64,000 nt of DNA from Eledone cirrhosa. Taxonomy: Eukaryota. The notes beneath the pieces were generated by a model, which was not told where the DNA came from, ran no database searches, and saw nothing but the letters and a program-made list of their open reading frames with translations. Shown here piece after piece: positions 1-11,021 of this stretch (position 1 is its first letter; each line of letters opens with the position of its first letter). The position numbers and the translations under genes are program-made. Where the stretch lies: assembly GCA_964016885.1 (NCBI GenBank), contig OZ024750.1, positions 40,300,001 to 40,364,000 of the forward strand, given 5' to 3'.

Positions 1-385
1 AAGTTTCCAGACGTTGGAAGTATTACGGCCGCGCTGCCCAAAAAGGGGCGTACACAGCTATTAGTCTAAGGGCTCCACTTTCACTACTGCCGACGTCTAA
101 AACCACCAGTCGACCCTCCGGGTCCAGGTGCACCTTCTGTATGACGAGGCCCAGGTGTTTTCGCAGCAGAACGACAACTCCACCCCCACCCCCCGGTTGA
201 CAGAGAGATGCGAAGATCTCAAAGTCGTCGAAGAGGGGCGCCAGTTGGTGCTCGCTGCTGATCCTGGACTCGCAAATAGCCATTACATCCATTCTATGTG
301 ACCTGAGATCGTTTAAAAGTTTGCCTTGTTTCCAAGACAGTCCCAGGCCACGTACATTCAGAAACCCAACTCTTATATCAGCCAT
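1..385 (-). pseudogene. ORF2 N-terminus (APE endonuclease) of LINE copy A, premature stop
   Basis: MADIRVG.LNVRGL...VYAP as in copy B, but codon GAA (Glu, copy B ~7944) is TAA here (23-25); homology continues past the stop to the window edge. Confidence 0.9.
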
Positions 386-406
386 GTTGGTTAAAAGAGG
401 AAGGAC

Positions 407-2149
407 CTACCTGTTCGGCTCCTGAGGAGCAGGTTGCACAATATCCATGGGCGTATTGGAGGGGTTGTTTGGTGGGGTGTTGTTCTGTGGTGGAGTGGGG
501 GTGTTTGGTGAGGTGTGGGTGGGGAAACGTTTCAAGAGGACGCGGTTATAGGGTCGAGTACATGTTTTCCCCACGTCCTCAGGAAAGTTCTCTCTTAGTT
601 TTGCATAGGTGTCCATTGGGAGTCTTATCATTTTTAAATGCGGTTTGTTGGCCGCGCTTGCAAAGAATTGCCCTTCAGTTTCCACCAAAGGGTCTTTGTG
701 TATTGTTTTTACTAGCTCTTTGTTATTTGTGTTAATGTATGTATACTGTTTTATTTGTGTTGTGTTTGTTTGTTGTTCTTGTGTGTGCTTACGTTTTGTT
801 GTATGTGTTATGTTTTGGGGTGGGGCGGATTTTGTTTGTTCTGTTTGTTTTGTTTTTGTTGGTGGTTGTGTGTTTGTTTCGTTTATGTTCGAGTGGTGCT
901 TTCTTTTTTTCCTTTTTACAGGTTGGAAGGGTTCCCCCTCTTCGTCACTAGGTGCCGTTTCCGCTGGGTCCTCGTCCGTGCTGTCGGGTAGTGGTGTATT
1001 TTGGGGTTTTGTTGTATTTGTGTGTGTTTTGGGAGTTGTTTTGGGTGGGGCCGTGTCTTGTGTTATTTTTCCCTGTTGTTTTTGTTGTTGTTGTGGTGGT
1101 GGTGGTGGAGGTGGTGGTGGTGGTGGTGGTGGCGGTGGTGGTGTGTGGGGTGTAGGCAAAAGAGCCTTTTTTTTTGTCAATTGAGGACAAGCAGCCCTTA
1201 GATGACCCCTGCTTGAACAGTAGTAACATATGGGCCTCCTACCCTCGGCTGAAATATATATAAATGTTTCTCCATCGAGGGACACCCTCTGTGGTATTCT
1301 AGCGATTCGTTCTGGTCTCATTTGGACCAGAACCTCCACGCTCAAACCGCCGAAAACGTCTGTGGTGACTTCTCCTACTGAGAGGATTCCGTCCTCGTCT
1401 TCTAAAAATCCTGTTAGTACCCAGGAAATGCATGCATTTGGCCGGATTCCGGAGACCCTTATCTTCTGCGTTCTTTTCCCTAAATATGTGGGGAAAAATG
1501 TATATATCTTGGAAACAATTGGTGCCACAGAGTATTTCCTGGCCGTCAATTGATCCTTCATTAGGACCGTTATATTCCCATAGAGTGGCCCTTTTTGTAT
1601 GAACGATATATCACTCCACACATTTTTTAGGACCAGCTCAATCTCTTTTTGGGATAATTGAGTTGGTTTCCTTGTTATGTTGGAAATTGTTCTGAAAGAT
1701 ATCGTTCTTAGCGTCGTGTCTCTTTTGATTTCTTGTGGGGAGGTGATTGTGAAGTCTCCTCCTTCTTTGAAAGTTACATACTGTTTCGCTTCCTTCATCT
1801 TTTCTCTCAGAGTTGTAATGTCCAGTTGCTTGCAGGTTTGTGTTTTCCGGACCGCCTGTGCAAAGGAGGTACCAGTAGTGGGTTCACTTTGTTTGGTGTT
1901 ATCGTTATTTTTTCCTTGGTTGGTGTTGTGACTATTGCTGTTATTGTCGTTGATGTTTTTGTCTGCGTTTATGTGACTTTCTGGGTTTTCACCCATTTCT
2001 ACAAATTTTTCTTTTAATTCCGTGTTCCATGTTTCTTTTGCAGAAGTGAGGAGGGAAGACTTAGAGCCTTGTGCTTCTAGCTTCTCTGTATCACCTTTCT
2101 TAGGGGGCGTGGCTTTCACGTTAGGATGAGATGTGAAAATTCCGTCCAT
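407..2149 (-). CDS. LINE ORF1 (gag-like, CCHC zinc knuckle)
   Basis: First ATG at 2149 (the track start at 2242 is TTG); CYYCSSRGHLRAAC = CX2CX4HX4C; poly-Pro/Gln linker; basic KRKKRK motif; directly upstream of ORF2. Confidence 0.9.
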   Translation of the reverse strand: MDGIFTSHPNVKATPPKKGDTEKLEAQGSKSSLLTSAKETWNTELKEKFVEMGENPESHINADKNINDNNSNSHNTNQGKNNDNTKQSEPTTGTSFAQAVRKTQTCKQLDITTLREKMKEAKQYVTFKEGGDFTITSPQEIKRDTTLRTISFRTISNITRKPTQLSQKEIELVLKNVWSDISFIQKGPLYGNITVLMKDQLTARKYSVAPIVSKIYTFFPTYLGKRTQKIRVSGIRPNACISWVLTGFLEDEDGILSVGEVTTDVFGGLSVEVLVQMRPERIARIPQRVSLDGETFIYISAEGRRPICYYCSSRGHLRAACPQLTKKKALLPTPHTPPPPPPPPPPPPPPPPQQQQKQQGKITQDTAPPKTTPKTHTNTTKPQNTPLPDSTDEDPAETAPSDEEGEPFQPVKRKKRKHHSNINETNTQPPTKTKQTEQTKSAPPQNITHTTKRKHTQEQQTNTTQIKQYTYINTNNKELVKTIHKDPLVETEGQFFASAANKPHLKMIRLPMDTYAKLRENFPEDVGKTCTRPYNRVLLKRFPTHTSPNTPTPPQNNTPPNNPSNTPMDIVQPAPQEPNR

Positions 2150-2360
2150 TTCTATTAGTTTGCCGTAATAAATTTTTAACTGGAAAATTCGCCCCAAAAA
2201 GGGGCGAAAATAAATAAACTCAAAGTTTGACGACCAAGGCAAGGGGTTAACGTATATTACAGTATAAAAAAATTAATCAAAACTCACTTTTTGAGTAAGT
2301 AAATCCGACTCGGTAGCCGAGCTTGTTCACACACGTCAACACACGTCTCTCGTATACGAG

Positions 2361-2587
2361 ATGTTATGTGAGATATTATGTGAGGTAAAGCCTTTACTGT
2401 GAAAATACAATAGTATATATAGAGTAATATAAATGTTATGTGAGATATTATGTGAGGTAAAGCCTTTACTGTGAAAATACAATAGTATATATAGAGTAAT
2501 GTAAATGTTATGTGAGATATTATGTGAGGTAAAGCCTTTACTGTGAAAATACAATAATATATATAGAGTAATGTAAATGTTAAAGGG
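2361..2587 (+). mobile_element. Terminus of piggyBac-type MITE hosting LINE A (about 3 x 72-bp units + TIR)
   Basis: Three 72-bp units, then GTAAATGTTAAAGGG followed by TTAA (2588-2591), the same end as the empty MITE at 61161-61371. Confidence 0.85.
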
Positions 2588-2846
2588 TTAAACAATCCTC
2601 ACCGACATTGAATTTTCTTGTCTACATCTCTTCTTTGATATACATTAAAAACACAAGTTAATATCAAACATCAATTATATTGATCTCATATCAAACATCA
2701 ATTGTATTGATTTCATGTCAAACATCAATTATATTGATTCCATGAGGACCTGTAAAGGTTATTGGAGTTACTGCTCCACCTCCAACTAAATATGAAAAAA
2801 AGATTATCTTTGCTTCTAAGGATTTGTTTAAAACTTTTATCTTCCA

Positions 2847-3252
2847 GGGTGGTGGATTGACAGAATCAGTAGAGTGTCGGACAACATGCTTTGTGGCATA
2901 TAGTTATGGCCCTTTACCTTCTGAGTTCAAATCCCGCCGAGGTTAGCATTACCTTTCATCCTTACGGGGTCAATAAATTAAAGTACCAGTAATGCACTGG
3001 GGTCAATTTAATCAACTTTCTCCTCCCCCCAAATTATTGGCCTTGTGCCTAAATCAGAAATCATTTGGATTGGCAGTATCGGTAGAGAGTCGAACACCAT
3101 GCTTTCTAGCATAGAGTTACGTCCCTTTATGGTCTGAGTTCAAATCCCGCCGAGGTTAACTTTGCCTTTCATCCTTACGGGGTCGATAAAATAAAGTACC
3201 AGTAATGTACTGGGTAATTGCTGGCCTGGTGCCAAAAGTAAAACAATTATTA
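2847..3252 (+). mobile_element. Two adjacent copies of tRNA-derived SINE family 1
   Basis: A-box-like TGGCAGTATCGG, B-box GAGTTCAAATCCC, central TTTGCCTTTCATCCTTACGGGGTCGATAAAATAAAGTACCAG (resembles the Meta/MESC SINE domain), 3' GGCCTTGTGCC..GAAACAATTATT. Confidence 0.85.
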
Positions 3253-3411
3253 GTTACATTCAAATAATTTCACTTATAAATTTCACAAGGGCGGTGTCCA
3301 GCATGGCCTCAGCTGCAACAAGTAATAGAGTAAAAGAGTAAACTGAGAAAAGGCAAGTTATATTCTATTCATTGTTCTGAGTAGGAAAAAGAAAACATGT
3401 CTATGGCTTCT

Positions 3412-3549
3412 TTAACACTTTTGCATTTAAACCAAGCCATATCCTGCCTCACCTCTTCCTGTTCAAACTGGCTGTAACTGACTGCTTATACCAACATTAA
3501 GGTATTGTTCTTAAAATAAACAATGTCACCTTAAATAAACAATGTCACA
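3412..3549 (+). mobile_element. Degenerate left part of the same piggyBac-type MITE family
   Basis: TTAACACTTTTGCATTTAAACC...CTCACCTCTTCCTGTTCAAACTGGCTGT...GGTATTGTTCTTAAAATAAA aligns by eye to 61157-61265 and 38769-38890. Confidence 0.65.
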
Positions 3550-3560
3550 GTAACCCTTTA

Positions 3561-5617
3561 CCATTTACATTACTCTATATATACTATTGTATCTCACATA
3601 CCATTTACATTACTCTATAAATACTATTGTATTTTCACAGTAAAGGCTTTACCTTACATAATATCTCACATACCATTTACATTACTCTATATATACTATT
3701 GTATTTTCACAGTAAAGTCTTTACCTCACATAATATCTCACATAACATTTACATTACTCTATATATACTATTGTATTTTCACAGTAAAGTCTTTACCTCA
3801 CATAATATCTCTCATAACATTTATATTACTCTATATATACTATTGTATTTTTACAGTAAAGGCTTTACCTCACATAATATCTCACATAACATTTATATTA
3901 TTCTATATATACTATTGTATTTTCACAGTAAAGGCTTTACCTCACATAATATCTCACATAACATTTACAATACTCTATATATACTATTGTATTTTCACAG
4001 TAAAGTCTTTACCTCACATATCTCTCATAACATTTATATTACTCTATATATACTATTGTATTTTTACAGTAAAGGCTTTACCTCACATAATATCTCACAT
4101 AACATTTATATTACTCTATATATACTATTGTATTTTTACAGTAAAGGCTTTACCTCACATAATATCTCACATAACATTTACAATACTCTATATATACTAT
4201 TGTATTTTCACAGTAAAGGCTTTACCTCACATAATATCTCACATAACATTTACAATACTCTATATATACTATTGTATTTTCACAGTAAAGTCTTTACCTC
4301 ACATAATATCTCTCATAACATTTATATTACTCTATATATACTATTGTATTTTTACAGTATAGGCTTTACCTCACATAATATCTCACATAACATTTATATT
4401 ACTCTATATATACTATTGTATTTTCACAGTAAAGGCTTTACCTCACATAATATCTCACATAACATTTACAATACTCTATATATACTATTGTATTTTCACA
4501 GTAAAGTCTTTACCTCACATAATATCTCTCATAACATTTATATTACTCTATATATACTATTGTATTTTTACAGTAAAGGCTTTACCTCACATAATATCTC
4601 ACATAACATTTATATTACTCTATATATACTATTGTATTTTTACAGTAAAGGCTTTACCTCACATAATATCTCACATAACATTTACAATACTCTATATATA
4701 CTATTGTATTTTCACAGTAAAGTCTTTACCTCACATAATATCTCTCATAACATTTATATTACTCTATATATACTATTGTATTTTTACAGTATAGGCTTTA
4801 CCTCACATAATATCTCACATAACATTTATATTACTCTATATATACTATTGTATTTTTACAGTATAGGCTTTACCTCACATAATATCTCACATAACATTTA
4901 TATTACTCTATATATACTATTGTATTTTCACAGTAAAGGCTTTACCTCACATAATATCTCACATAACATTTACAATACTCTATATATACTATTGTATTTT
5001 CACAGTAAAGGCTTTACCTTACATAATATCTCACATAACATTTACATTACTCTATATATACTATTGTATTTTTACAGTAAAGGCTTTACCTCACATAATA
5101 TCTCACATAACATTTACATTACTCTATCTATACTATTGTATTTTTACAGTAAAGGCTTTACCTTACATAATATCTCACATAACATTTACATTACTCTATA
5201 TATACTATTGTATGTTCACAGTAAAGGCTTTACCTCACATAATATCTCACATAACATTTACAATACTCTATATATACTATTATATTTTTACCGTAAAGGC
5301 TTTACCTCACATAATATCTCTCATAACATTTACATTACTCTATATATACTATTGTATTTTCACAGTAAAGGCTTTACCTCACATAATATCTCACATAACA
5401 TTTATATTACTCTATATATACTATTGTATTTTCACAGTAAAGGCTTTACCTCACATAATATCTCACATAACATTTATATTACTCTATATATACTATTGTA
5501 TTTTCACAGTAAAGGCTTTACCTCACATAATATCTCACATAACATTTATATTACTCTATATATACTATTGTATTTTCACAGTAAAGGCTTTACCTCACAT
5601 AATATCTCACATAACAT
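3561..5617 (+). repeat. 72-bp tandem repeat, about 28 copies
   Basis: Unit CATTTACATTACTCTATATATACTATTGTATTTTCACAGTAAAGGCTTTACCTCACATAATATCTCACATAA; about 2 more units at 11259-11392. Confidence 0.97.
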
Positions 5618-5828
5618 CTCGTATACGAGAGACGTGTGTTGACGTGTGTGAACAAGCTCGGCTACCGAGTCGGATTTACTTACTCAAAAAGTGAGTTTTG
5701 ATTAATTTTTTTATACTGTAATATACGTTAACCCCTTGCCTTGGTCGTCAAACTTTGAGTTTATTTATTTTCGCCCCATTTTGGGGCGAATTTTCCAGTT
5801 AAAAATTTATTACGGTAAACTAATAGAA

Positions 5829-7562
5829 ATGGACGGAATTTTCACATCTCATCCTAACGTGAAAGCCACGCCCCCTAAGAAAGGTGATACAGAGAAGCTA
5901 GAAGCACAAGGCTCTAAGTCTTCCCTCCTGACTTCTGCAAAAGAAACATGGAACACGGAATTAAAAGAAAAATTTGTAAAAATGGGTGAAAACCCAGAAA
6001 GTCACATAAACGCAGACAAAAACAACAACGACAATAACAGCAATAGTCACAACACCAACCAAGGAAAAAATAACGATAACACCAAACAAAGCGAACCCAC
6101 TACTGGTGCCTCCTTTGCACAGGCGGTCCGGAAAACACAAACCTGCAAGCAACTGGACATTACAACTCTGAGAGAAAAGATGAAGGAAGCGAAACAGTAT
6201 GTAACTTTCAAAGAAGGAGGAGACTTCACAATCACCTCCCCACAAGAAATCAAAAGAGACACGACGCTAAGAACGATATCTTTCAGAACAATTTCCAACA
6301 TAACAAGGAAACCAACTCAATTATCCCAAAAAGAGATTGAGCTGGTCCTAAAAAATGTGTGGAGTGATATATCGTTCATACAAAAAGGGCCACTCTATGG
6401 GAATATAACGGTCCTAATGAAGGATCAATTGACGGCCAGGAAATACTCTGTGGCACCAATTGTTTCCAAGCTACATACATTTTTCCCCACATATTTAGGG
6501 AAAAGAACGCAGAAGATAAGGGTCTCCGGAATCCGGCCAAATGCATGCATTTCCTGGGTACTAACAGGATTTTTAGAAGACGAGGACGGAATCCTCTCAG
6601 TAGGAGAAGTCACCACAGACGTTTTCGGCGGTTTGAGGGTGGAGGTTCTGGTCCAAATGAGACCAGAACGAATAGCTAGAATACCACAGAGGGTGTCCCT
6701 CGATGGAGAAACATTTATATATATTTCAGCCGAGGGTAGGAGGCCCATATGTTACTACTGTTCAAGCAGGGGTCATCTAAGGGCTGCTTGTCCTCAATTG
6801 ACAAAAAAAAAGGCTCTTTTGCCTACACCCCACACACCACCACCGCCACCACCACCACCACCACCACCACCACCACAACAACAACAAAAACAACAGGGAA
6901 AAATAACACAAGACACGGCCCCACCCAAAACAACTCCCAAAACACACACAAATACAACAAAACCCCAAAATACACCACTACCCGACAGCACGGACGAGGA
7001 CCCAGCGGAAACGGCACCTAGTGACGAAGAGGGGGAACCCTTCCAACCTGTAAAAAGGAAAAAAAGAAAGCACCACTCGAACATAAACGAAACAAACACA
7101 CAACCACCAACAAAAACAAAACAAACAGAACAAACAAAATCCGCCCCACCTCAAAACATAACACATACAACAAAACGTAAGCACACACAAGAACAACAAA
7201 CAAACACAACACAAATAAAACAGTATACATACATTAACACAAATAACAAAGAACTAGTAAAAACAATACACAAAGACCCTTTGGTGGAAACTGAAGGGCA
7301 ATTCTTTGCAAGCGCGGCCAACAAACCGCATTTAAAAATGATAAGACTCCCAATGGACACCTATGCAAAACTAAGAGAGAACTTTCCTGAGGACGTGGGG
7401 AAAACATGTACTCGACCCTATAACCGCGTCCTCTTGAAACGTTTCCCCACCCACACCTCACCAAACACCCCCACTCCACCACAGAACAACACCCCACCAA
7501 ACAACCCCTCCAATACGCCCATGGATATTGTGCAACCTGCTCCTCAGGAGCCGAACAGGTAG
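5829..7562 (+). CDS. LINE ORF1 (CCHC zinc knuckle)
   Basis: First ATG at 5829; CYYCSSRGHLRAAC knuckle; Pro/Thr-rich C-terminal half. Confidence 0.92.
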   Translation: MDGIFTSHPNVKATPPKKGDTEKLEAQGSKSSLLTSAKETWNTELKEKFVKMGENPESHINADKNNNDNNSNSHNTNQGKNNDNTKQSEPTTGASFAQAVRKTQTCKQLDITTLREKMKEAKQYVTFKEGGDFTITSPQEIKRDTTLRTISFRTISNITRKPTQLSQKEIELVLKNVWSDISFIQKGPLYGNITVLMKDQLTARKYSVAPIVSKLHTFFPTYLGKRTQKIRVSGIRPNACISWVLTGFLEDEDGILSVGEVTTDVFGGLRVEVLVQMRPERIARIPQRVSLDGETFIYISAEGRRPICYYCSSRGHLRAACPQLTKKKALLPTPHTPPPPPPPPPPPPPQQQQKQQGKITQDTAPPKTTPKTHTNTTKPQNTPLPDSTDEDPAETAPSDEEGEPFQPVKRKKRKHHSNINETNTQPPTKTKQTEQTKSAPPQNITHTTKRKHTQEQQTNTTQIKQYTYINTNNKELVKTIHKDPLVETEGQFFASAANKPHLKMIRLPMDTYAKLRENFPEDVGKTCTRPYNRVLLKRFPTHTSPNTPTPPQNNTPPNNPSNTPMDIVQPAPQEPNR

Positions 7563-7583
7563 GTCCTTCCTCTTTTAACCAAC

Positions 7584-10500
7584 ATGGCTGATATAAGAGT
7601 TGGGTGTCTGAATGTACGTGGCCTGGGACTGTCTTGGAAACAAGGCAAACTTTTAAACGATCTCAGGTCGCATAGAATGGATGTAATGGCTATTTGCGAG
7701 TCCAGGATCAGCAGCGAGCACCAACTGGCGCCCCTCTTCGACGACTTTGAGATCTTCGCATCTCTCTGTCAACCGGGGGGTGGGGGTGGAGTTGTCGTTC
7801 TGCTGCGAAAACACCTGGGCCTCGCCATACAGAAGGTGCACCTGGACCCGGAGGGTCGACTGGTGGTTTTAGACGTCGGCAGTAGTGAAAGTGGAGCCCT
7901 TAGACTAATAGCTGTGTACGCCCCTTTTTGGGCAGCGCGGCCGGAATACTTCCAACGTCTGGAAACTTTTCTGGGAACGTCCCGCTCCTTGCTTTTAGTA
8001 GGGGACTGGAATGGTATCCTGGATGCACGTTGGGACTATGTAGGGGCATGTGCCAATAGAAGGGGGTGTAAAAGCCTCAAAAGGTTAATCGGCCGATTTG
8101 ACCTGGCCGATAGATATCGACTAGATTTTCCGACTGTACCACTATGGACGTGGACCAATCGCAGTGGAACATCTAGGTCGTACCTAGATAGGGTCCTAGT
8201 TAGAGAGAAGGATAGGGACACATTTAGCTGTCCAAAAATGTTCATGGTTGACTATTCGGATCACAAGTTAGTGACCTGCATAGCCAACCTTGATAGAACC
8301 CATAGACAGGGACCCGGTTACTGGAAGCTGAACTTGTCCTTACCGAGAAGCAAAGCTTACAGTAAACGGATTAGCACGTTAGTTAAGCAGAGTTTGACAG
8401 GGGCAATTGTCAACAACAGGTGGTGGAGCTCTCTTAGGAGAGCAATTAGAATAGAATCGATAGGTTTTAGTCAGGAATTAGCAAGGGATAGGAACAAGAC
8501 GGAAAGGGAATTAGTAGATAGAGTAGAAGAGGCAATTAGGAGTGGCAATGTAGCCGGCGTGCTGGTATCAAGAATGGCCTTAGACCAGTTCTTTGAGGTG
8601 AAGCATGAAGGCTGCGCTGTCAGGAGTAAAATACGTGCTCTGGGTAATGAGGGAGCCAAAGCTGTGAGCTGGGCCCGAGTGACAGAGGCAAAAAGTGGGA
8701 ACAAGTCCACGATTCGGTCTTTGAAGGACCAGGATGGGCGTGTGATCCTTGAACCTGGGCAGATGTGTGCGGCCTTTCAGCGGCACTTTGCACGACTGTT
8801 CGAGAGGGGCGGCGCGCCGGGTGAGACTATGGATTTCAATCCATACCTCTACGGTCTGCCGCGCCTCTCGGACGCGGAGGCGAAGTCCTGCGAAAGGACG
8901 ATTTCAGCTGCTGAGATAGGGGCGGCGTTGAGCCAATGCGGCAAACGCAAATCCCCGGGTCTCGATGGTCTACCATACGAGCTATATGTAGCGATGCCGG
9001 ACTTGTTCTCCGATATCCTCGAAGCGGTCTACTGCAACTGGCAGCAGAACGGGAGAATTCCCAGTTCTGTGACCAAGGGCGTAGTTACGCTGGTGAGGAA
9101 GGATGAGAACAAGGGGGATGACATAAGTAACTTCAGGCCCATAACTCTGCTAAATACAGAGTTAAAGATTTTGGCCAAGGTGTTAGCGAATAGGTTGGCG
9201 CTTGTCGTTGGAAACCTGGTGGGAGAAGCGCAGACATGCGCAATCCCGTCCAGGTCCATTCACGACAATCTCCACCTTATGCGATACATCATAGAGAGGG
9301 TAGGGAATGAACCCGGCTTTGGTGGGGCCCTGATCAACTTGGATCAATCTAAAGCTTTCGATAGGGTTGACCATCGTTACCTGGATGCAGTGCTCGCGGC
9401 GGCAGGCTTCGGACCCGTTTTCAGGGGTTGGATTGCTGCGATGCACAGCAGCAACGTCTGCTCAAGGGTCAAGGTGAACGGCCACCTCTCGGAGCCGTTC
9501 CAAATCATGCGATCCATCCGACAGGGATGCCCTCTCTCCTCCCTACTGTATGTGCTGGCTCTTGAGCCACTACTGCGGAAGTTGGAGCGGTTGCAGGGCA
9601 TCCCTTTGGAACCGGGATTGCAGAAAGCGGCGTCGGCCTACGCCGATGACGTGACAGTAATGGTGTCGAAAACCTCGCAAATCGGTGAGATCGGCACCTT
9701 ACTGGAGGAATATGAAAGGTTTACAGGAGCCAAGCTGAACCGGGACAAGTCCGTCGGTTTGCAACTCGGAACATGGAGAGGCAAACCGATGCCCGCCAAC
9801 GACGTCGTCGGACGCTGGACGGAGGGCCCGGTGAAGCTGCTTGGGGTCTGGTTCGGACCAGACCTCCAGGTGGAGAAAAACTGGAACGAGGTAACGGCCA
9901 GGGTGTTTGCACTCACCCAGAAGTGGGCCCAGTGCAAACTATCCCTGAAAGGTCGAGCGGAGGTGGCGAATACTTATATAGCATCCGTCATCTACTACCG
10001 CTTGACCGTCGTGCCTTGCCCAGTGAAAAGACTCGCCAAAATGGAGTGCGCGCTGTTCCAATTTCTTTGGAACAAGCGGACCCCTTTGGTGAGGAGATCC
10101 ATCTGCTGTCAACACCCTTCGAAAGGAGGGCTGGGGATGCCGTGGCTACAGATGCGTAAACACGCATTAAGGCTACGGCACCTCCAGGTATTCCTCACCG
10201 GTCAACCGGTGTGGGCCCCGTTTGTGAGGCGAGCCTTTCCCAGACTCGTCTCACTCACCGAGCTGCAAACCTGGGTCAAGCAAAGACCGAGAAAAGTGGG
10301 CGACTGGTACATTGAATGTGCCCAGGCGCTCACGGCCCTCTGGAAAGCGGACCCGGCAATCAGTGGAGACTCCACCTCGACATTCTATAGAGGGTTGGTA
10401 CGCAGCAGGTGCGACGATGCTCTCGGAGAAGCTCTAGGCATGGAGGAAGATGAACTGGCCAGTCTGTTCGGTAGGACGTTTGGCCCTGGACCGATGGACA

Positions 10501-11021
10501 ACTTCCAAAAGTCCCTGGCTTGGCAGTGCTACCGAGGGGCTCTACCCGTTCGAGACAAGCTCCACAGGCATGGGAGCCTGGGTAGAGATCCTTTGAATAA
10601 GATCTGTCCGAGATGCGTGCATGATGACGAAAACGTTGCGCACGCATTCGTACACTGCCCAGGCATTGCTGACCTGCGTGGCTATGTGGAACGACTACTG
10701 TCGAGGGTGGGACCAATCCGGTTGACCACCGAGTCCATTGTCACGATCAAACCGCCTCCCCCTTTCAAAAACGAAGGAGAGGCGGTTTTTCTCTGTGTGA
10801 TAGCCATGGCTAAAGAAGTTGTATGGTGGACGAGGCTGAAAGGGCTGAGGTCAGACACCTTTCTCTCCGGCCAACAACTGGTCCCCTTTTTCAAATACCA
10901 TTTTAAAAGAAGGATCAGAATGGAGAGAGAGGTGCTCTACCCCAGCAAGTTTTATGAAAGGTGGGTGAAAGTAGGGAGAATGGCCAGAGTGAATGGGTCT
11001 TCTCTCTATATCAGCCTGTAG
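7584..11021 (+). CDS. LINE ORF2: APE endonuclease + reverse transcriptase + C-terminal zinc finger
   Basis: APE motifs NVRGL, GDWN, YLDR, SDH; GYWKLN; RT motifs KSPGLDG, RPITLLN, KAFDRV, QGCPLS, YADD; GGLG; CPRC..E...HAFVHC. Confidence 0.97.
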   Translation: MADIRVGCLNVRGLGLSWKQGKLLNDLRSHRMDVMAICESRISSEHQLAPLFDDFEIFASLCQPGGGGGVVVLLRKHLGLAIQKVHLDPEGRLVVLDVGSSESGALRLIAVYAPFWAARPEYFQRLETFLGTSRSLLLVGDWNGILDARWDYVGACANRRGCKSLKRLIGRFDLADRYRLDFPTVPLWTWTNRSGTSRSYLDRVLVREKDRDTFSCPKMFMVDYSDHKLVTCIANLDRTHRQGPGYWKLNLSLPRSKAYSKRISTLVKQSLTGAIVNNRWWSSLRRAIRIESIGFSQELARDRNKTERELVDRVEEAIRSGNVAGVLVSRMALDQFFEVKHEGCAVRSKIRALGNEGAKAVSWARVTEAKSGNKSTIRSLKDQDGRVILEPGQMCAAFQRHFARLFERGGAPGETMDFNPYLYGLPRLSDAEAKSCERTISAAEIGAALSQCGKRKSPGLDGLPYELYVAMPDLFSDILEAVYCNWQQNGRIPSSVTKGVVTLVRKDENKGDDISNFRPITLLNTELKILAKVLANRLALVVGNLVGEAQTCAIPSRSIHDNLHLMRYIIERVGNEPGFGGALINLDQSKAFDRVDHRYLDAVLAAAGFGPVFRGWIAAMHSSNVCSRVKVNGHLSEPFQIMRSIRQGCPLSSLLYVLALEPLLRKLERLQGIPLEPGLQKAASAYADDVTVMVSKTSQIGEIGTLLEEYERFTGAKLNRDKSVGLQLGTWRGKPMPANDVVGRWTEGPVKLLGVWFGPDLQVEKNWNEVTARVFALTQKWAQCKLSLKGRAEVANTYIASVIYYRLTVVPCPVKRLAKMECALFQFLWNKRTPLVRRSICCQHPSKGGLGMPWLQMRKHALRLRHLQVFLTGQPVWAPFVRRAFPRLVSLTELQTWVKQRPRKVGDWYIECAQALTALWKADPAISGDSTSTFYRGLVRSRCDDALGEALGMEEDELASLFGRTFGPGPMDNFQKSLAWQCYRGALPVRDKLHRHGSLGRDPLNKICPRCVHDDENVAHAFVHCPGIADLRGYVERLLSRVGPIRLTTESIVTIKPPPPFKNEGEAVFLCVIAMAKEVVWWTRLKGLRSDTFLSGQQLVPFFKYHFKRRIRMEREVLYPSKFYERWVKVGRMARVNGSSLYISL

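Larger units (their letters stand above)
1..2360 (-). mobile_element. Tx1/L1-clade LINE copy A (5' part; runs off the left edge of the window)
   Basis: Reverse complement of 5618-7978 with only scattered substitutions; contains 5' UTR, ORF1 and the start of ORF2. Confidence 0.95.

Noticed and set aside
3561-5617. 72-bp array as a mouse-L1-style monomer promoter belonging to the LINE 5' UTR
   Set aside because: Units resume after the LINE 3' end and occur in LINE-free MITEs, so they are target/host DNA.
3627-5642. 671-aa ORF upstream of LINE ORF1
   Set aside because: By-product of a stop-free 72-bp (24-codon) unit; non-ATG start; the same unit lies downstream of the LINE and in empty MITEs.
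7653-10894. Short antisense and alternate-frame ORFs within LINE ORF2s (also 46979-49431)
   Set aside because: Shadow ORFs of GC-richer coding DNA, with no independent motifs.
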